Source: Octopus vulgaris
Lineage: Eukaryota
Direction of reading: 5' to 3'
DNA length: 64,000 nucleotides
Assembly (NCBI GenBank): GCA_951406725.2
Contig: OX597815.1
Span: 21,824,001 to 21,888,000, forward strand
Shown here: positions 1 to 13,604 of the stretch, in pieces
How positions within the stretch are numbered: the first letter of the stretch is position 1
How the letters are laid out: the number at the start of each line of letters is the position of its first letter
The notes under the pieces: generated by a model
Told to the model about the DNA's origin: nothing
The model's input: only the letters and a program-made list of their open reading frames with translations
The model's database searches: none
Made by a program: the position numbers and the translations under genes

Positions 1-1152
1 AAATTATTGTATACAGTGCTCAGGTGCACCACAACTGGTCCAGATAGAAATGTAGTTTTGTATTTGCGTGTATGCGTGCGCGTGTATATGTGTTTGTTTG
101 TGTTTGTGTGTGTGTGTGAGAGTTTGTGTGTGTGCGTGAGTGTCTGTATTTGTGTGTGCGTGTGTGTGTTCATAGGCAGCTGTGTTTATAGGCAACTATA
201 TAATTACACCTATGACATAGTGAAACAGATATTCCAAGAACAATTAACTTACATCATATTCATGTTATAAGCAAGATGAAGGTCGTATTTCTTCATCCGT
301 CTTGTCGTTATTTTGCCCTTTAAACTTGCGTAGAACTAATGTGTGAAATTGCAGCTGAGTTTAACGACGATGACCTTGTTGATGAACTCGATTCATTCCT
401 AGCACCAATTCATAAAGACAGCTACTTCTCTGAACGTAATCTGAATAATTTTTGTCCTTCACGATTGAGTAGAGTGAAATTGTCCATCGCTTCCCTGCTA
501 TTACTATCCTCATTAGAAAAACTGGCTCCTTTGAATAAACCTAGTTGAATAAACCTAGTTGGAGATATATGGTTGCGCAATGCAGTTTCTTAGATCTCAC
601 TACAGAACTACATCTCCAAATACAACAAAACCTATTCAAGCAAGGAAAAAATATCGTTGGTTATGTCGTCAATCACTTTATGTTGGGAAAGCCTAATAAA
701 ATAGAGGTTAGTAGCTCCCAATATGAATGTAACATTAACCTCAGCATCAAAACTATTTGCCTCTCCCATAGAAAGGGAAATAGTTTTGATTGTGCGGTTA
801 ATGTTATATAATACACATATGAATTATATATAATACATACAAAACACCATCCACAGACGCGTAAAAGTTAGAATCGATCAACATTATAGCTACCCACTAC
901 ACACACACACACACACACATACACACACACACACACACTTATAGACAGACACACAACATGACACATATACCACGGCACTTAAAAGGTGTTACATCCACTA
1001 CTGAAGTAGCTTATGGTTTTGAAAAGTTGATTTAATATAAGACTCTTGGGAGAAAACAAATCCGTCAAGTCTATCGTAACCTTACTATTTTTATTAAAAT
1101 ATATGTAGAAAAGGTTGGTGTAATAAACCCAAATAATCTGTAAGAGAACGAA

Positions 1153-1222
1153 CCATATAAGGTGCTTGTGCCATATAAGGTGCTTGTACCATATAAGGTG
1201 CTTGTACCATATAAGGTGCTTG
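1153..1222 (+). repeat. 18-bp tandem repeat x4 (CCATATAAGGTGCTTGTA); each unit contains a CArG box
   Basis: CCATATAAGG starts at 1153, 1171, 1189 and 1207 and matches CC(A/T)6GG. Confidence 0.85.
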
Positions 1223-1385
1223 GATAGACCTCACTCACTTTTAACAGAATCTTATATAGCACAGTGTAGAAATTTGGGAATGCTCCACATAAGAATACAG
1301 TCCTGCTCTTCGGTTAAATGACCCATCAACAGAGAAAGGAAATAAAAAGACATCGAATCAGAGTGAGAGGAAGAGAGAGTGATGC

Positions 1386-1425
<40 letters not shown>

Positions 1426-1880
1426 AGAGAAAGAAAGATAGTAATAGACAAATATAAAGAAAAGAAAATGACCAAAAGATAGTATACAGATAGAGCTGGA
1501 CCAAAGGATAAATTCAAGATCTCTAGATCATAATATATAAAAACTATTCAACAATTGATTTACCAGCGACAGTGAAGTAACGTAGTATCTCTAAACAGGG
1601 CCAAAATATACAACGAAAAATTTGACACTAAATATTATATCATGTTAGTATAAAACACTAATGAAGTTCGAATAAACATAACAGAATGCTCTTAGTAACC
1701 ACTATAGAAAATACTTCTTCTATAGTAGCCATTATAGAAGACACTTAGTAGTGCTCAGAAGATTCAAATTTAGAGACCGATGTCATTACAGGGGATCATT
1801 CTACAAGGTAAAGCAAGGCTATAAGAGGGATCAAGCTGACCGGATTGCCTCTATTGCCTCTATTGCCTCTATTACCACAT

Positions 1881-1948
<68 letters not shown>

Positions 1949-2336
1949 TATCTCTCTCTCTCTATCTATTTTTATATGTCACTGCAAGTGGATAAATGCA
2001 AGAGGAATGTCTGAGAATCAGCAATGCATGTGTTTCCTCTTTGGCTCGAGTCATTTGTAAATATTGTTATTTAGCTCCAAGTGAAGCCTGACTGAACAGG
2101 CCTAAGACCAAAATAAACAAAATGCAACCATCCGTCTTTCTGCGCGTAATCATGGATTTTATTCTGTAATGAATCCACCCTTTTCGAAGGCAGCAGCGTA
2201 TGATTTGCTTCAGCGTTGACTCTTATTCGAAGCATGTCGTATGTATGAATATATGAGTACATATAGTAAATATGTAAATACTTGTATATGAGTGCAATTG
2301 ATATTTGCGTGCATAGTTAATACTTAAGCTTGTTTA

Positions 2337-2894
2337 TACCTATATGTTTCGGCTACGTAAGCCATCATCGGACTGTAGTACATTTGTGATCATCTTGACT
2401 TTATACAGTCTCTGTTAAGTTTAAATATTTTTAGGTTAAACTGAGTTCTGATGAATAATAATAAGATTGTATGGTAGGTTTGATTGCAAGGTTTTATGGA
2501 GTACTTTTATTGATTAAATTTGGGGCTATGTTATTGTTAAAATTTACTGAGGCTTGTAAAATTTCGTAATTAAGAGTGTTCATTTAGGTGAGTCATCTCC
2601 AGGTCATAGGAGTTAACAAGGGAATATAATTGGATCGAAGGTGCTTCTTGGTCAGCAAATGTGTCACTCGATTTAGTTGTTGTGAATCCCTATGACCTGG
2701 AGATGACACACCTAAACATATACATGCGAAAGTTCTACAAGCATGAATAAATTTTAACAATAGCACAAACTTAAATTAAACCAATAAAAATTACCCATAG
2801 CATTCATAATAACTCAGCCTAACCTAAATTTTTTTAACTTAACAGAGACTATATGAACCCAAGACGAACTCAATTGTACCACAGTTCGATGATG
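2337..2894. mobile_element. Degenerate fold-back element (inverted arms ~2363-2619 and ~2680-2894) with an HHR-like core at the left end; probably inverted Penelope pLTRs
   Basis: catcatcggactgtagtacatttg...ttaggtgagtcatctccaggtcatagg is mirrored by cctatgacctggagatgacacacctaa...caattgtaccacagttcgatgatg. Minus strand 2371-2337 reads CCGATGA-T-GGCT-tacgt-AGCC-GAAAC-atatag-GTA. Confidence 0.7.
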
Positions 2895-3127
2895 TCACTC
2901 TCAATATTATTCTTGTTAAAGAGTAATATATATGTGTGTAAATATGTTTGTGTTTATATAATAACATGTATTTCTATATGTCTATTTAAGTGCATATAGT
3001 CCATGTATAGGAGTACGAATATTTGTGTGTGTACTTTTTTTTAACTGAATAGGTTTATGTTTATGTATAGTTATATATGTAAATAAAACATATATAAGAG
3101 CACACACACAAACACTCAAACACACAC

Positions 3128-3181
<54 letters not shown>

Positions 3182-3569
3182 AAGGGAATTTATGTGTGTG
3201 ATACATACGTGTGCCTATGTCTGCTATAGCAAAATCAAGCCGATGTAATGATATAAATATGGATTTGTATCTGGTGTCGATATCCAGAAACGCCGCGCAC
3301 AGACAATAAATTGTCTTAAAAAAATATTTATATAGAGATTTAATGTGTCTATACATATACGTATATTTGTATAAATATGTTATTTGCTTATAATGTAGGA
3401 TCATTTGAAACAGTTTAATCTTGAAAAATAAAAAGAAAACAAAGACAAAACCGTAACTGTGTTTAGCTTATGTTAAACGAATCCAAGGTTATTCGGTGAG
3501 GTGACTGTGCTAATAACTGCTTATTTATGATATGGAATAGATGTATATTAATGTTACAGCGTCACAAAT

Positions 3570-3672
3570 AGGGTGGCGAGCTGGTAAATTCGTTAACACG
3601 TCGGGTATAATGCTTAGCGGTATTTTGTCTATTGATAAATTAAGCACCTGTTACGCACTGGGATCGATCTAT
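3570..3672 (+). mobile_element. Degenerate, internally deleted SINE family A
   Basis: gggtggcgagctgg...aatgcttagcggtattt then gataaattaagcacctgttacgcactggg. Confidence 0.7.
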
Positions 3673-4240
3673 GATGGCCAAAAAATGTCGATATTGACGA
3701 ACATTGTGTTAGATCCGCAACCACCAGAACTGAGAAAAAAACCGCAGATGTGCGTGCAGCTGTGAGGGGAAATCGTCGAATCACCATCCGTGAGTTATCA
3801 GAGTATGTGTAGATTAGTTATGGTTCAATTCAGTCCATTATCTCTAAAGATTTGGTTATGAGACGCATGTCTGTTAAGTTTGTGTCAAGACTGCTTTCGG
3901 TTGACCAAAAATACATCCGAATTTCAGTTGCTCAAGATCTTGATTGTGTCGAAAACGATGAAAGCTTTTTGAAAACTCTGTGTAGGCCTCTGAGCAGGTA
4001 TCGCCAAGTTTTTGGTAAAATTTGATGCAGATTCTCTGCTCAGCCTTTTCTATCATCGTCAATGCGACGATCACACGTTACACACCTTCCTTCCAAGCAC
4101 TGCTGTAAGTCAGAACGTTAAAACTTAGTGCACATGTACTTCAGAGTTTAAGGTCAATCAGTGCCCATCAGCTTTACTCTGCATGTTTTAGCTTCGTTAC
4201 TCTCGGAACACTCCGGATACTTATTGATCAGACCACATAT
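3673..4240. mobile_element. Rearranged mariner 5' fragment: TIR and N-terminus on minus (3978-4240), HTH and linker on plus (3673-3977)
   Basis: Minus: TIR-like ...GGTCTGATCAATAAGTATCCGGAG and MIEKAEQRICIKFYQKLGDTCSEAY. Plus: RGNRRITIRELSE..ISYGSIQSIISKDLVMRRMSVKFVSRLLSVDQK (WVPHEL-type linker). Confidence 0.8.
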
Positions 4241-4284
4241 ATATAAACACGCTTAATATATATATGTATTTATATATATATATA

Positions 4285-4348
<64 letters not shown>

Positions 4349-4581
4349 ATATATGCATATATATATATATCTTTTCGAGTAAGCATATACTTATGCGCAC
4401 TTATTCACTCGTACATGCATACACACACTCACACATACACACATATTCACACGCTCATATATACACAAAACGGGAGGTAGAGGCTGCGGTAGACTTTATG
4501 CAAAGAAGCACCCATCACACTTTCCCAGGAGTACATTTTATTAATCGTTTCATTTCCATCACTACATTACACCCCCCCCCC

Positions 4582-4622
<41 letters not shown>

Positions 4623-5059
4623 ACATACATACACATTATAACTCTAACCAACTCAACTTTCTGAATCCCCGTCTTTGTCTTTCATCGTCATACTTTTTCC
4701 CCCTCTACTTTTTTTTTTCCACGAGCTATTCTAATTCCAATCACTCCACTTGAGATCTCATGGTGGTTACCTTGGTGATATTGCAATGTCCCTTATTTAC
4801 AATAAAAAATTTCTCAAAAAAAAAAAAAAAAAATTATAAGCGACAGGGAGAAAAAACACAGCAAGCCGTAATCCTGTTGGAAACAACACTTTTACGTACT
4901 GCGAAACTTCGAATGTAACGAAGAGCAGGTTGCAATTTAATTTCACTTCTCAAGACTCCGTTGCCTCTCCAGCTTCAGTGGGTTATCGAAGGGAAGATTC
5001 ATACAGACACCGATAACAATGCTTATGACTACGGTGTCCTCAGCAATGATAACGATGAC

Positions 5060-5094
<35 letters not shown>

Positions 5095-5144
5095 CAGTGG
5101 TGATTCTATTAGTGGTGGTGGTGGTGATAATGATGATGATGACA

Positions 5145-5538
5145 ATGCTTAGCGGTATTTTGTCAGTTTTACGTTTTGAGTTCGAATTCTGCTGAGGTCG
5201 ATTTTGATTTTCATCCTTTCGGGGTCGATAAAATAAGTACTGGGATTAATGTAATCGACTCATCCCCACCTCTCCCAAAATTGCTGCCCTCATGGAAAAA
5301 TTTAAGGCGGCGATCTGGCAGAAACGTTAGCACGCCAGGCGAAATGCTTTGCAGTATTTCATCTGCCGTTGCGTTCTGAGTTCAAATTCCGCCGAGGTCG
5401 ACTTTGCCTTTCATCCTTTCGGGGTCGATAAATTAAGTACCAGTTACACACTAGGTCGATACAATCGACTTAAACCGTTTGTCTGTCCTTGTTTCTCCCC
5501 TCTGTGTTTAGCCCCCTGTGGGTAGTAAAGAAATAGGT
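5145..5538 (+). mobile_element. Two tRNA-derived SINE family A copies (5145-5300 5'-truncated, 5304-5538 full length)
   Basis: Head aaggcggcga..tggcagaaacgttagc; B-box gagttcaaattcc; core gaggtcgactttgcctttcatcctttcggggtcgataaattaagtaccag resembles the MetaSINE/Sauria-SINE core. Confidence 0.9.
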
Positions 5539-5921
5539 TATGCTAACGTTGCTTGTGGTACTTAAAAATTCTTGTGAATTGTATTGGTGATAATTGTGCT
5601 GCTACTAAGTATCGTTTCTACTTCATGTAGTAAATGTTAGGGGTGATGATGATGGTAGTGATGCAAGTAGAGAATGAACAGTTTTATCTGTTGTTTAGCC
5701 CAAGTCAGTCCTCATCGAGTAGCAGTCCTCATCTTTTCCCTTTGTGCAGAGAATCTAGGGTAGATTATCCAATGTGTCCATTTCTAAGAAGTGGATTCAG
5801 ATTTGAGGGTGATTTAGTTAGGTAATTCTCGCGAATAGAAGTAACCCTGTGGTTACTTCCTGTTTATCGCTAACTTGGGGCCTATGGTTGTGTGCACCGG
5901 TATATTATTAATATTATTAAG

Positions 5922-7675
5922 AAGGCGGCGAGCTGGCAGAAACGTTAGCACGTCGGGCGAAATGCTTAGCCGTATTTCGTCTGCCGTTACGTTGTGAGTT
6001 CAAATTCCGCCGAGGTCGACTTTACCTTTCATCCTTTCGGGGTCGATAAATTAAGTACCAGTTACGCACTGGGGTCGATGTAATCGACTTAATACCTATG
6101 TCTGTCCTTGTTTGTCCCTTCTATGTTTAGCCCCTTGTGGGTAATAAAGAAATAGGTATATTTTTAATATCGACTCCAGTATTTATTTTATCGATCCCAG
6201 AAGGATGAAAGGCAAAGTCGACTTCGGCAGTATTTGAACTCAGAACGCGAAGACGGGCGAAATACCGCTAAGCATTTTCCCCGACGTGCTAACGATTCTG
6301 CCAGCTCGCTGCCTTTCACTAGTATATTATTATTAATAATTTCTAGTTGCAAGGTGGCAAGTTGGCAGAATCGTTAGCACGCCGGGTGAAATGCTTAGCG
6401 GTATTTCGCTTGTCGTTACGTTGTGAGTTCAAATTCTGCCGAGGTTGACTTTGCCTTTCATCCTTTCGAGGTCGATAAATTAAGTACCAGTTACGCACTG
6501 GGGTCGATGTAATCGACTTAATACCTATGTCTGTCCTTGTTTGTCCCCTCTATGTTTAGCCCCTTGTGGGTAATAAAGAAATAGGTATTTCGTCTGTCTT
6601 CGCGTTCTGAATTCAAATTCCGCCGAAGTCGACTTTGCTTTTCATCCCTTTCGGGGTCGATAAAATGTAAGTACCAGTTAAGCCCTGGGGTCGATGCAAT
6701 TGACTTACCTCCTCCCCGAAATTGCTGGCCTTGTGTCAAAATTTGAAATCAATAATCTCCAACAAGGTCTCAAATTTTCGGTGTATGTATGTGGTTGTGT
6801 TATATCGATCTCTGTATTTGACTGGTACTTTATTTTATCAACCTCCCATGAATGAAAAGTATGTTTCATATCGGCGTGATTTCAAATGAGAACGTATAGT
6901 GCCAGAGCAGACGTCACAGGACCTTTAATCCGATGCCTAACCATCGCCCACGCTTGCAGTGTGGTTCCAGGCCAGCAATTTGGGACTGAGTTTAAGCAGA
7001 TGATTTTCATTCCTCCCTCCTAACGGAAAATGTACTAGGCCGATTAAATTGACTTCAAACTTGTCTGATACCTTATTTTGTTGACTGACTGTGTAGAGGT
7101 GAAAGACAAAGGTAACCTTAGAAAGATTTGAATTCAGACATTAAAAGCCAGTACAAATGGACGATATTTTAACTACTATACCGACCTGTCTTCCAACGAC
7201 TCCAGTACTTGGTATTTTATTTTTTTAACTTGGAAAAGATGGAAAGCAAAGCTCACACTGGGACATCGGTAGAATTTGATTATTATTAAAGCGGCGAGTT
7301 GGGAGAATCGTTAGCACGCGTGCGAAATGCGTAGCCGTATTTCGTCTGCCGTTACGTTCTGAGTTCAAATTCCGCCGAGGTCGACTTTGCCTTTCATCCT
7401 TTCGAGGTCGATAAATTAAGTACCAGTTAAGCACTGGAGTCGATATAATAGACTTAATCCGTATGTCTGTCCTTGTCGGTCCCCTCTATGTTTAGCCCCT
7501 TGTGAGTGAGTAGTAAAGAAATAGAATTAGATATTTCGCTCGTCGCTACGTCCTGAGTTCAAATTCCGCCGAGGTCGACTTTGTCGATAAAGTAAGTACC
7601 AGTGAAACACTGAAACCGATATAATCAACTAGTCCCCTCCCCTAAAATTTCGGGCTTTGTGCCTTTAGTAGAAAG
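5922..7675. mobile_element. Dense cluster of about 9 SINE family A copies in both orientations (5922-6157+, 6170-6316-, 6351-6587+, 6585-6750+, degenerate minus copies 6790-7280, 7288-7525+, 7530-7675+)
   Basis: Same head, core and tail repeated; two alternative tails (...agccccttgtgggtaataaagaaatagg and ...ggccttgtgtcaaaatttgaaa). Confidence 0.9.
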
Positions 7676-7676
7676 G

Positions 7677-7873
<197 letters not shown>

Positions 7874-8305
7874 CAATATTATTTCATATCACTATTTTGC
7901 TTATTGTTTTCCATTTTTACTCTTTACCACACTCGACGGTAACTCCCCACACCCGTCTGTCGTATTTAAGGCGACATATTAAGGAACATTATTAATATTA
8001 TTTATCATCGCAGTTTGGGGTATTGCGGGTGGGGGTGCGGGTAGTGAATTGATGTGAATGATGACGACAATGGTGACCGTAAACCACATTAGTTCTGGAC
8101 GTCTGGGACTGAGTCGGAATATCTGATTTCCATTTCTTCCTTCTAACAGCAAATACTATACAGAATGTTGTTGGACTTGGACAGCTTACCCGTTACTAGG
8201 AAACGGGTATCATTATCTGTACGTGTGTGTGCACATGTATGTGTGCGTGCGCGCGCGCGAGTATGGGTTGGTTGTGTGAATGCGTGTGTTTGTGTATGTG
8301 TGTGT

Positions 8306-8353
<48 letters not shown>

Positions 8354-8468
8354 AAACTAAGCTTATAGATGAGCTTTGCATGTCTGTAAATTACCATTAT
8401 ATTGTTCGATGTAAAAGTATTGTCTAGCGCTGCGCTGATGGTAGTGGTGGTCGTCGTGATGATGATGA

Positions 8469-8510
<42 letters not shown>

Positions 8511-11243
8511 TGATGATGATAATTATGATGATGGCATTAGTAATGTGGTTGCTGCTGCTGCTGCTGATAGTGATGACGACGATGACGATAATAGAAAAAT
8601 ATGTAATGTTGATGACTACGACTTCATGAAAATGATGTTGATGTTAGTGACAATGTTGATATTGTTCTTGTTAATGATGATAACGGTGGTGGTGGTGGTG
8701 ATGGCGGTGGTGATGGCGGTGGTAATGAATGGCGGTAATTGTGGATGCAGGTGTTGGTGGTGGTGTTAACAACGATGGCGGGGTGGTGATGTCAGTGACG
8801 GTTAGTAGCATAAGAAGGGGGGGGGGCATAGGAATGGTGGTTGCGGTGGTGTTGCCGCCATTGTTTGTGTTCATGTTAGTGTTTTTGCGTATGTGCGTGC
8901 GCATGCGCGCGTGTTACAAATGATGTTTTGTAGTGGTAAGGTCAGCGATATATGCGAGTACATATCTGTAACTTAATTTATTGGCCCAGGAGTGTGTAGG
9001 GTCGACAATATTGAGCTCCGTTTGTAGAAGGACGTATAGTTAACTAATGTAAACATTTTATGAGAGAACATTAAAAAGTTAACAAGAAAAAGCAATCATC
9101 TTACGAGAAAAAAAAACAATATTTATTACTGATATTTTACATATTTCAGTAAATAAAGGCGGCATCTCCGGACTTGATTTTAATCTTGTTATGACTTCGT
9201 CAGCGATTTTATCATATTTGCCGAAGTCGGGTTTCTCATTAAAATGAAGCCCGTAGATAGAAAATTTTACTTAGAGTTAAGAGAAAATGTTTGTGTTATG
9301 CCTGCATAGAAGATATGAGTTTGGTCATATCTTTCATGAAGACAAGATGTCGGTAAAGTTTTATTTTCTGTAAAATGTCTCACGTCTCCTAAAAAGACAA
9401 CTGCCGGAACGGTTGTCTTTTAAATCTAAAGGATACTTGACTGGTATTCACACAGTATTTATTCAGTACAAAATGCAAGATAATTGATATACTTCTCTGT
9501 CACAGAGTTGCAGATTGAAGAACTGTTATGGATATTAAGCTAGTCATAACATAAAAGTGTCTCATTAAAGTCGCTGAAAGCAAAATATCTAAGCGCACTG
9601 ATGAAGCTGAAAATTTTATGCTCTCATTCATAACCATAACTATTGGTTATCCAGATTATGTGACGAAAAAGTTAATTAATATGTCATAAATGATTATGTT
9701 AGCTAACAACGAACATCAAAGATGACTTGATAGGTTCAGCTAATCAATGCAATTGTATATAAAAACAGAATTTAAAAAAATCTACATTTGAATCTTGAGC
9801 CTCGATACACACCATCGTGCTTAGTTATGAAATTAATGTTTAATAATCATGTTACTTTGTTAGCTGTTGGGCTTTTGTGTTTGTTTTTGCCAAAATCAGA
9901 TTACGTGGTATTTGAATGTGTAATAAATTGTTAGCGAATAAGTAGGACGTTGTATCTAAAAATGGAAGCGTCAGATGCTTTGTTTCTTTACAGATTGAGT
10001 TAAGCATACAATCATAATGCTACAGTACACATTACCTACATTTCAGATTTTATCAAGGATGTCTTTTTTTTGAAAGTCTTGACATCGGTTGTCTTTTTTT
10101 TAATCGTTCAATTAAGAGGACAATCCCAGATTGGTAATGTTGATACTGCTAATGTTCAGTTTAAACACCTATAAGATGATGTATACACGGAAAGCATGAA
10201 TGAGGAAGGGGCATAAATGTTCCAGAAGGACGATACTCTTGGAAGAGAAACGTGGGTACAGCGGCTACCTTGGTGCCTGGGGAGTGGATAAATCACAATA
10301 CAGAAAAGACGAGGAATGTAATGGGCTTGTATTGATGTGGCATACATTTAGTTGGTTGAGAGGAGCCGCTGATCTTGTAGGATTGCTGTTGTGATGTTGG
10401 TGCATTAGTATTGTCATTGCCATGTACAAGATAAACAAGGCCGCTTGCTCTTTTCTGCATTGCAGAACATTTGAGTTGGTGTTTATTCGATTTAAAATTT
10501 TAAAGAACGAAATCTCTGAATAATAAAGACAAGGCAACTATATACTGCTATAAAGTCTATAGAGATACATATAGGCTTTTAATGCTGCATTTGACATAGA
10601 CCATGCATTGAAATTTGATTTTATTGGAAATAAATGAAAATAAAAATAATCTTGATGATGTTGATAGTAATAATCTGATAATGATATTTGTAGAATCAAT
10701 AGCTACTACAATAATCGTTACTATTACTACTTCAGAGGTCCCTACTTATTATGATTCATTAAAGTTTTTATTGCTCTTCGATATCCGGTTGGCATTATTC
10801 AAAACGTCATGATCGAAATGTTATAATAGGAAAACAGATTGCAAAGTTCATCTTCAAATATTTCCAACACTGATGCAAATCATTAAATCCCTATACGGTC
10901 ATTCGATCCGCTAAAAATAGCAATTAAATTTTCGTCAAACACCACCATATTATTTTTAAAAAATAGCTAAATATATAGATAAGCTAAACATGAATATAAT
11001 ATACGAGAAAATAGGATAATAACGGCAGAAATATTTTTATCAGTGGGTGCAAAATACCGTCAGAAGCTACAATTCTCCGCTAAGTGGATTGTACAATCCA
11101 TATGAAGCTACCTCCGCCCTTTTTACGAAGTTTTCAAAATACTAAAAAAAAATTTCAAAAAGCAAAAACATTTACAAATACTCCAGGAAAACACAATATT
11201 TAAGAGGAACAATAAAACTGATAACACAACGATAAAACAGAAA

Positions 11244-11367
11244 GTACCCTTTCCAGCGTTACAGGTACCCTTTCCAGCGTTACAGGTACCCTTTCCAGCA
11301 TTACAGGTACCCTTTCCAGCGTTACCTGTAAAAGAATATACTTTTCGAAAAGAATATACTTTTCGCA
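11244..11367 (+). repeat. 21-bp tandem repeat x4 (GTACCCTTTCCAGCGTTACAG), followed by an 18-bp unit x2 (AAAAGAATATACTTTTCG)
   Basis: Units start at 11244, 11265, 11286 and 11307. Confidence 0.9.
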
Positions 11368-12301
11368 CAGAAAACAAAAAATTGAAAACAACAGCACAAC
11401 GTTAAAAACGAAACACTAAAAATCTAAAAATTTTACATTACAATACTTACGGAATTAAAAATAGATTTATGTAATTAACAGATTCCGTTATCATCAGGGC
11501 ATTCATGGTGCTATAATTTAGGAAACATTTTCACTACTAGAACACAGAACTTCTACATTTATACACAAATCGGATTTGAAACACACTTTTACAATAGGAG
11601 TGACCTTATGATTTGTATATACAAAAACAAAAACAAACATTCATTGAATATATAGACATCTTAATTGTTATTAATAATCTAATAGGAAATGACGCAATAC
11701 AAGAAATGCTAGCTTTCAAAATAATGATTAAAAAATTGCAACATGAGACACATCAATATCATATATCACACACACACACACACACACTCACACACACACA
11801 TACACGCACACACACACACACAAAAATACACACACACACATATACTACATGCATGCAGACAAATATTCATACATACACATATACATAGTGATTGCTTCCT
11901 TTTCACAGATGATTGTCCTCGTTCTGTGCTTCCTTATTGTCAATGGCATATCTGACTTTCCGTGCATGACCTTTCAGATGACTTACGTAGTCCCGTCGTA
12001 GATCTGCATGGCTTGAAACATATAGGTGACAGACGAAAGTTGTAACGTATTGTGCGCTTCCAATTGGTTAAGTCTACACACGTCACCACTCTTCCATCGC
12101 CACAGGACTTTCAGTTGATGTAATGGCAAATGAAACATCTGTACATTGGATTATAGTAAAAGACACTTATATAACACGTGTACCACTCTCTGAGTGTCAG
12201 TGATTAGTTTGACATGACAGGCCGAAGCGAGATGACCAATGGTCACATGAAACAGTAGGTGCCGCACTTCTAGAAGGACACCGTAATAACAGTTAGGAGT
12301 A

Positions 12302-12536
12302 CCTAATTCTTTACTAACCACAAGGGGCAAAACACAGAGAGGACAAACAAGGACAGACAAACGGATTAAGTCAATTATATCGACCCCAGTGCGTACCAGG
12401 TACTTATTTAATCGACCCCGAAAGGATGAAAAGTAAAGTCGACCTCGGCGGAATTTGAACTCAGAACGTAGCGGCAGACGAAATATTGCTAAGTATTTCG
12501 TCCGGCGTGCTAACGATTCTGCCAGCTCGCCGCCTT
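12302..12536 (-). mobile_element. SINE family A, full length
   Basis: Reverse complement of the 5922-6157 copy. Confidence 0.92.
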
Positions 12537-13394
12537 GCTAGGAGTACCTCACTCCCGCTGGTTTCACTGTGCCACTCTGACATAAGCCAAAAGTATTTCT
12601 GCGTCCTCGCACTCAACCTACCTACCTACCTACCTACCTACCTACCTACCTACATATATATAGATATACATACACACAATAGCATTGATCAGGAATATCA
12701 TCAACATGACTGAAAGATATATAGTAAGAAAGATAGCCAGTAAGAAGTGAAAGAGCCAGAGAAACACACAATAGGAGGAGAGATAGAGAAAAGCGGACTT
12801 TCAGAAAAAGATAGATGAATCACCAAATTCTAAAATATCCGCAAATCCAGTTTGCTTTTAAAAATATTGATTAATTTTTAACTAGGCACAAGGCCAAATT
12901 CTGTAGTAAAATGAATCAATCCCATTGTGCAAACTTTACTTATTTTTATCGATCCCCCACCCCAGCAGACAGCTAAAGCATGAAATCGACCCAACCAGGA
13001 TTTACGTTCGAGACTATAGCAACCAACCCTTAATAATGTAATGTATTTAATATATAGCCCGATTCTTTGGCATCTCGGCTGCCCTCAGTTTATAATCAAT
13101 TAAAATACAATGAAATTCGCAGCTTATTTGCAAACAACTTTTAGGTAGATGGAGACGTGAAGTAGCCTTCAATTCAAATTTAATATCGGCGTTGTGTCGT
13201 TGGTGGCAATATAATTTAATTCTATGAGCTTCACTTCACTATGCTGTCAATAATAGGTAGCAAATCTTCTAAAATGCTCTCTCGGTGAGATGGACCATGA
13301 AAACTGAACTAAATACTGACTCTTAAAGATAACTCTCTTGAGGCTCAAGATACATTTGCATATTTATTAGTTAAATAGGCAGAGATAGAAGGCG

Positions 13395-13604
<210 letters not shown>

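Noticed and set aside
339-560. 69-aa ORF and the 14-bp duplication ttgaataaacctag
   Set aside because: No recognisable domain or splice support
4762-4780. RFX X-box-like GTTACCTTGGTGAT
   Set aside because: A single imperfect motif with no supporting context
9135-9205. Minus-strand CTGACGA...GAAAT..GTA
   Set aside because: Stems are too weak and this is expected by chance
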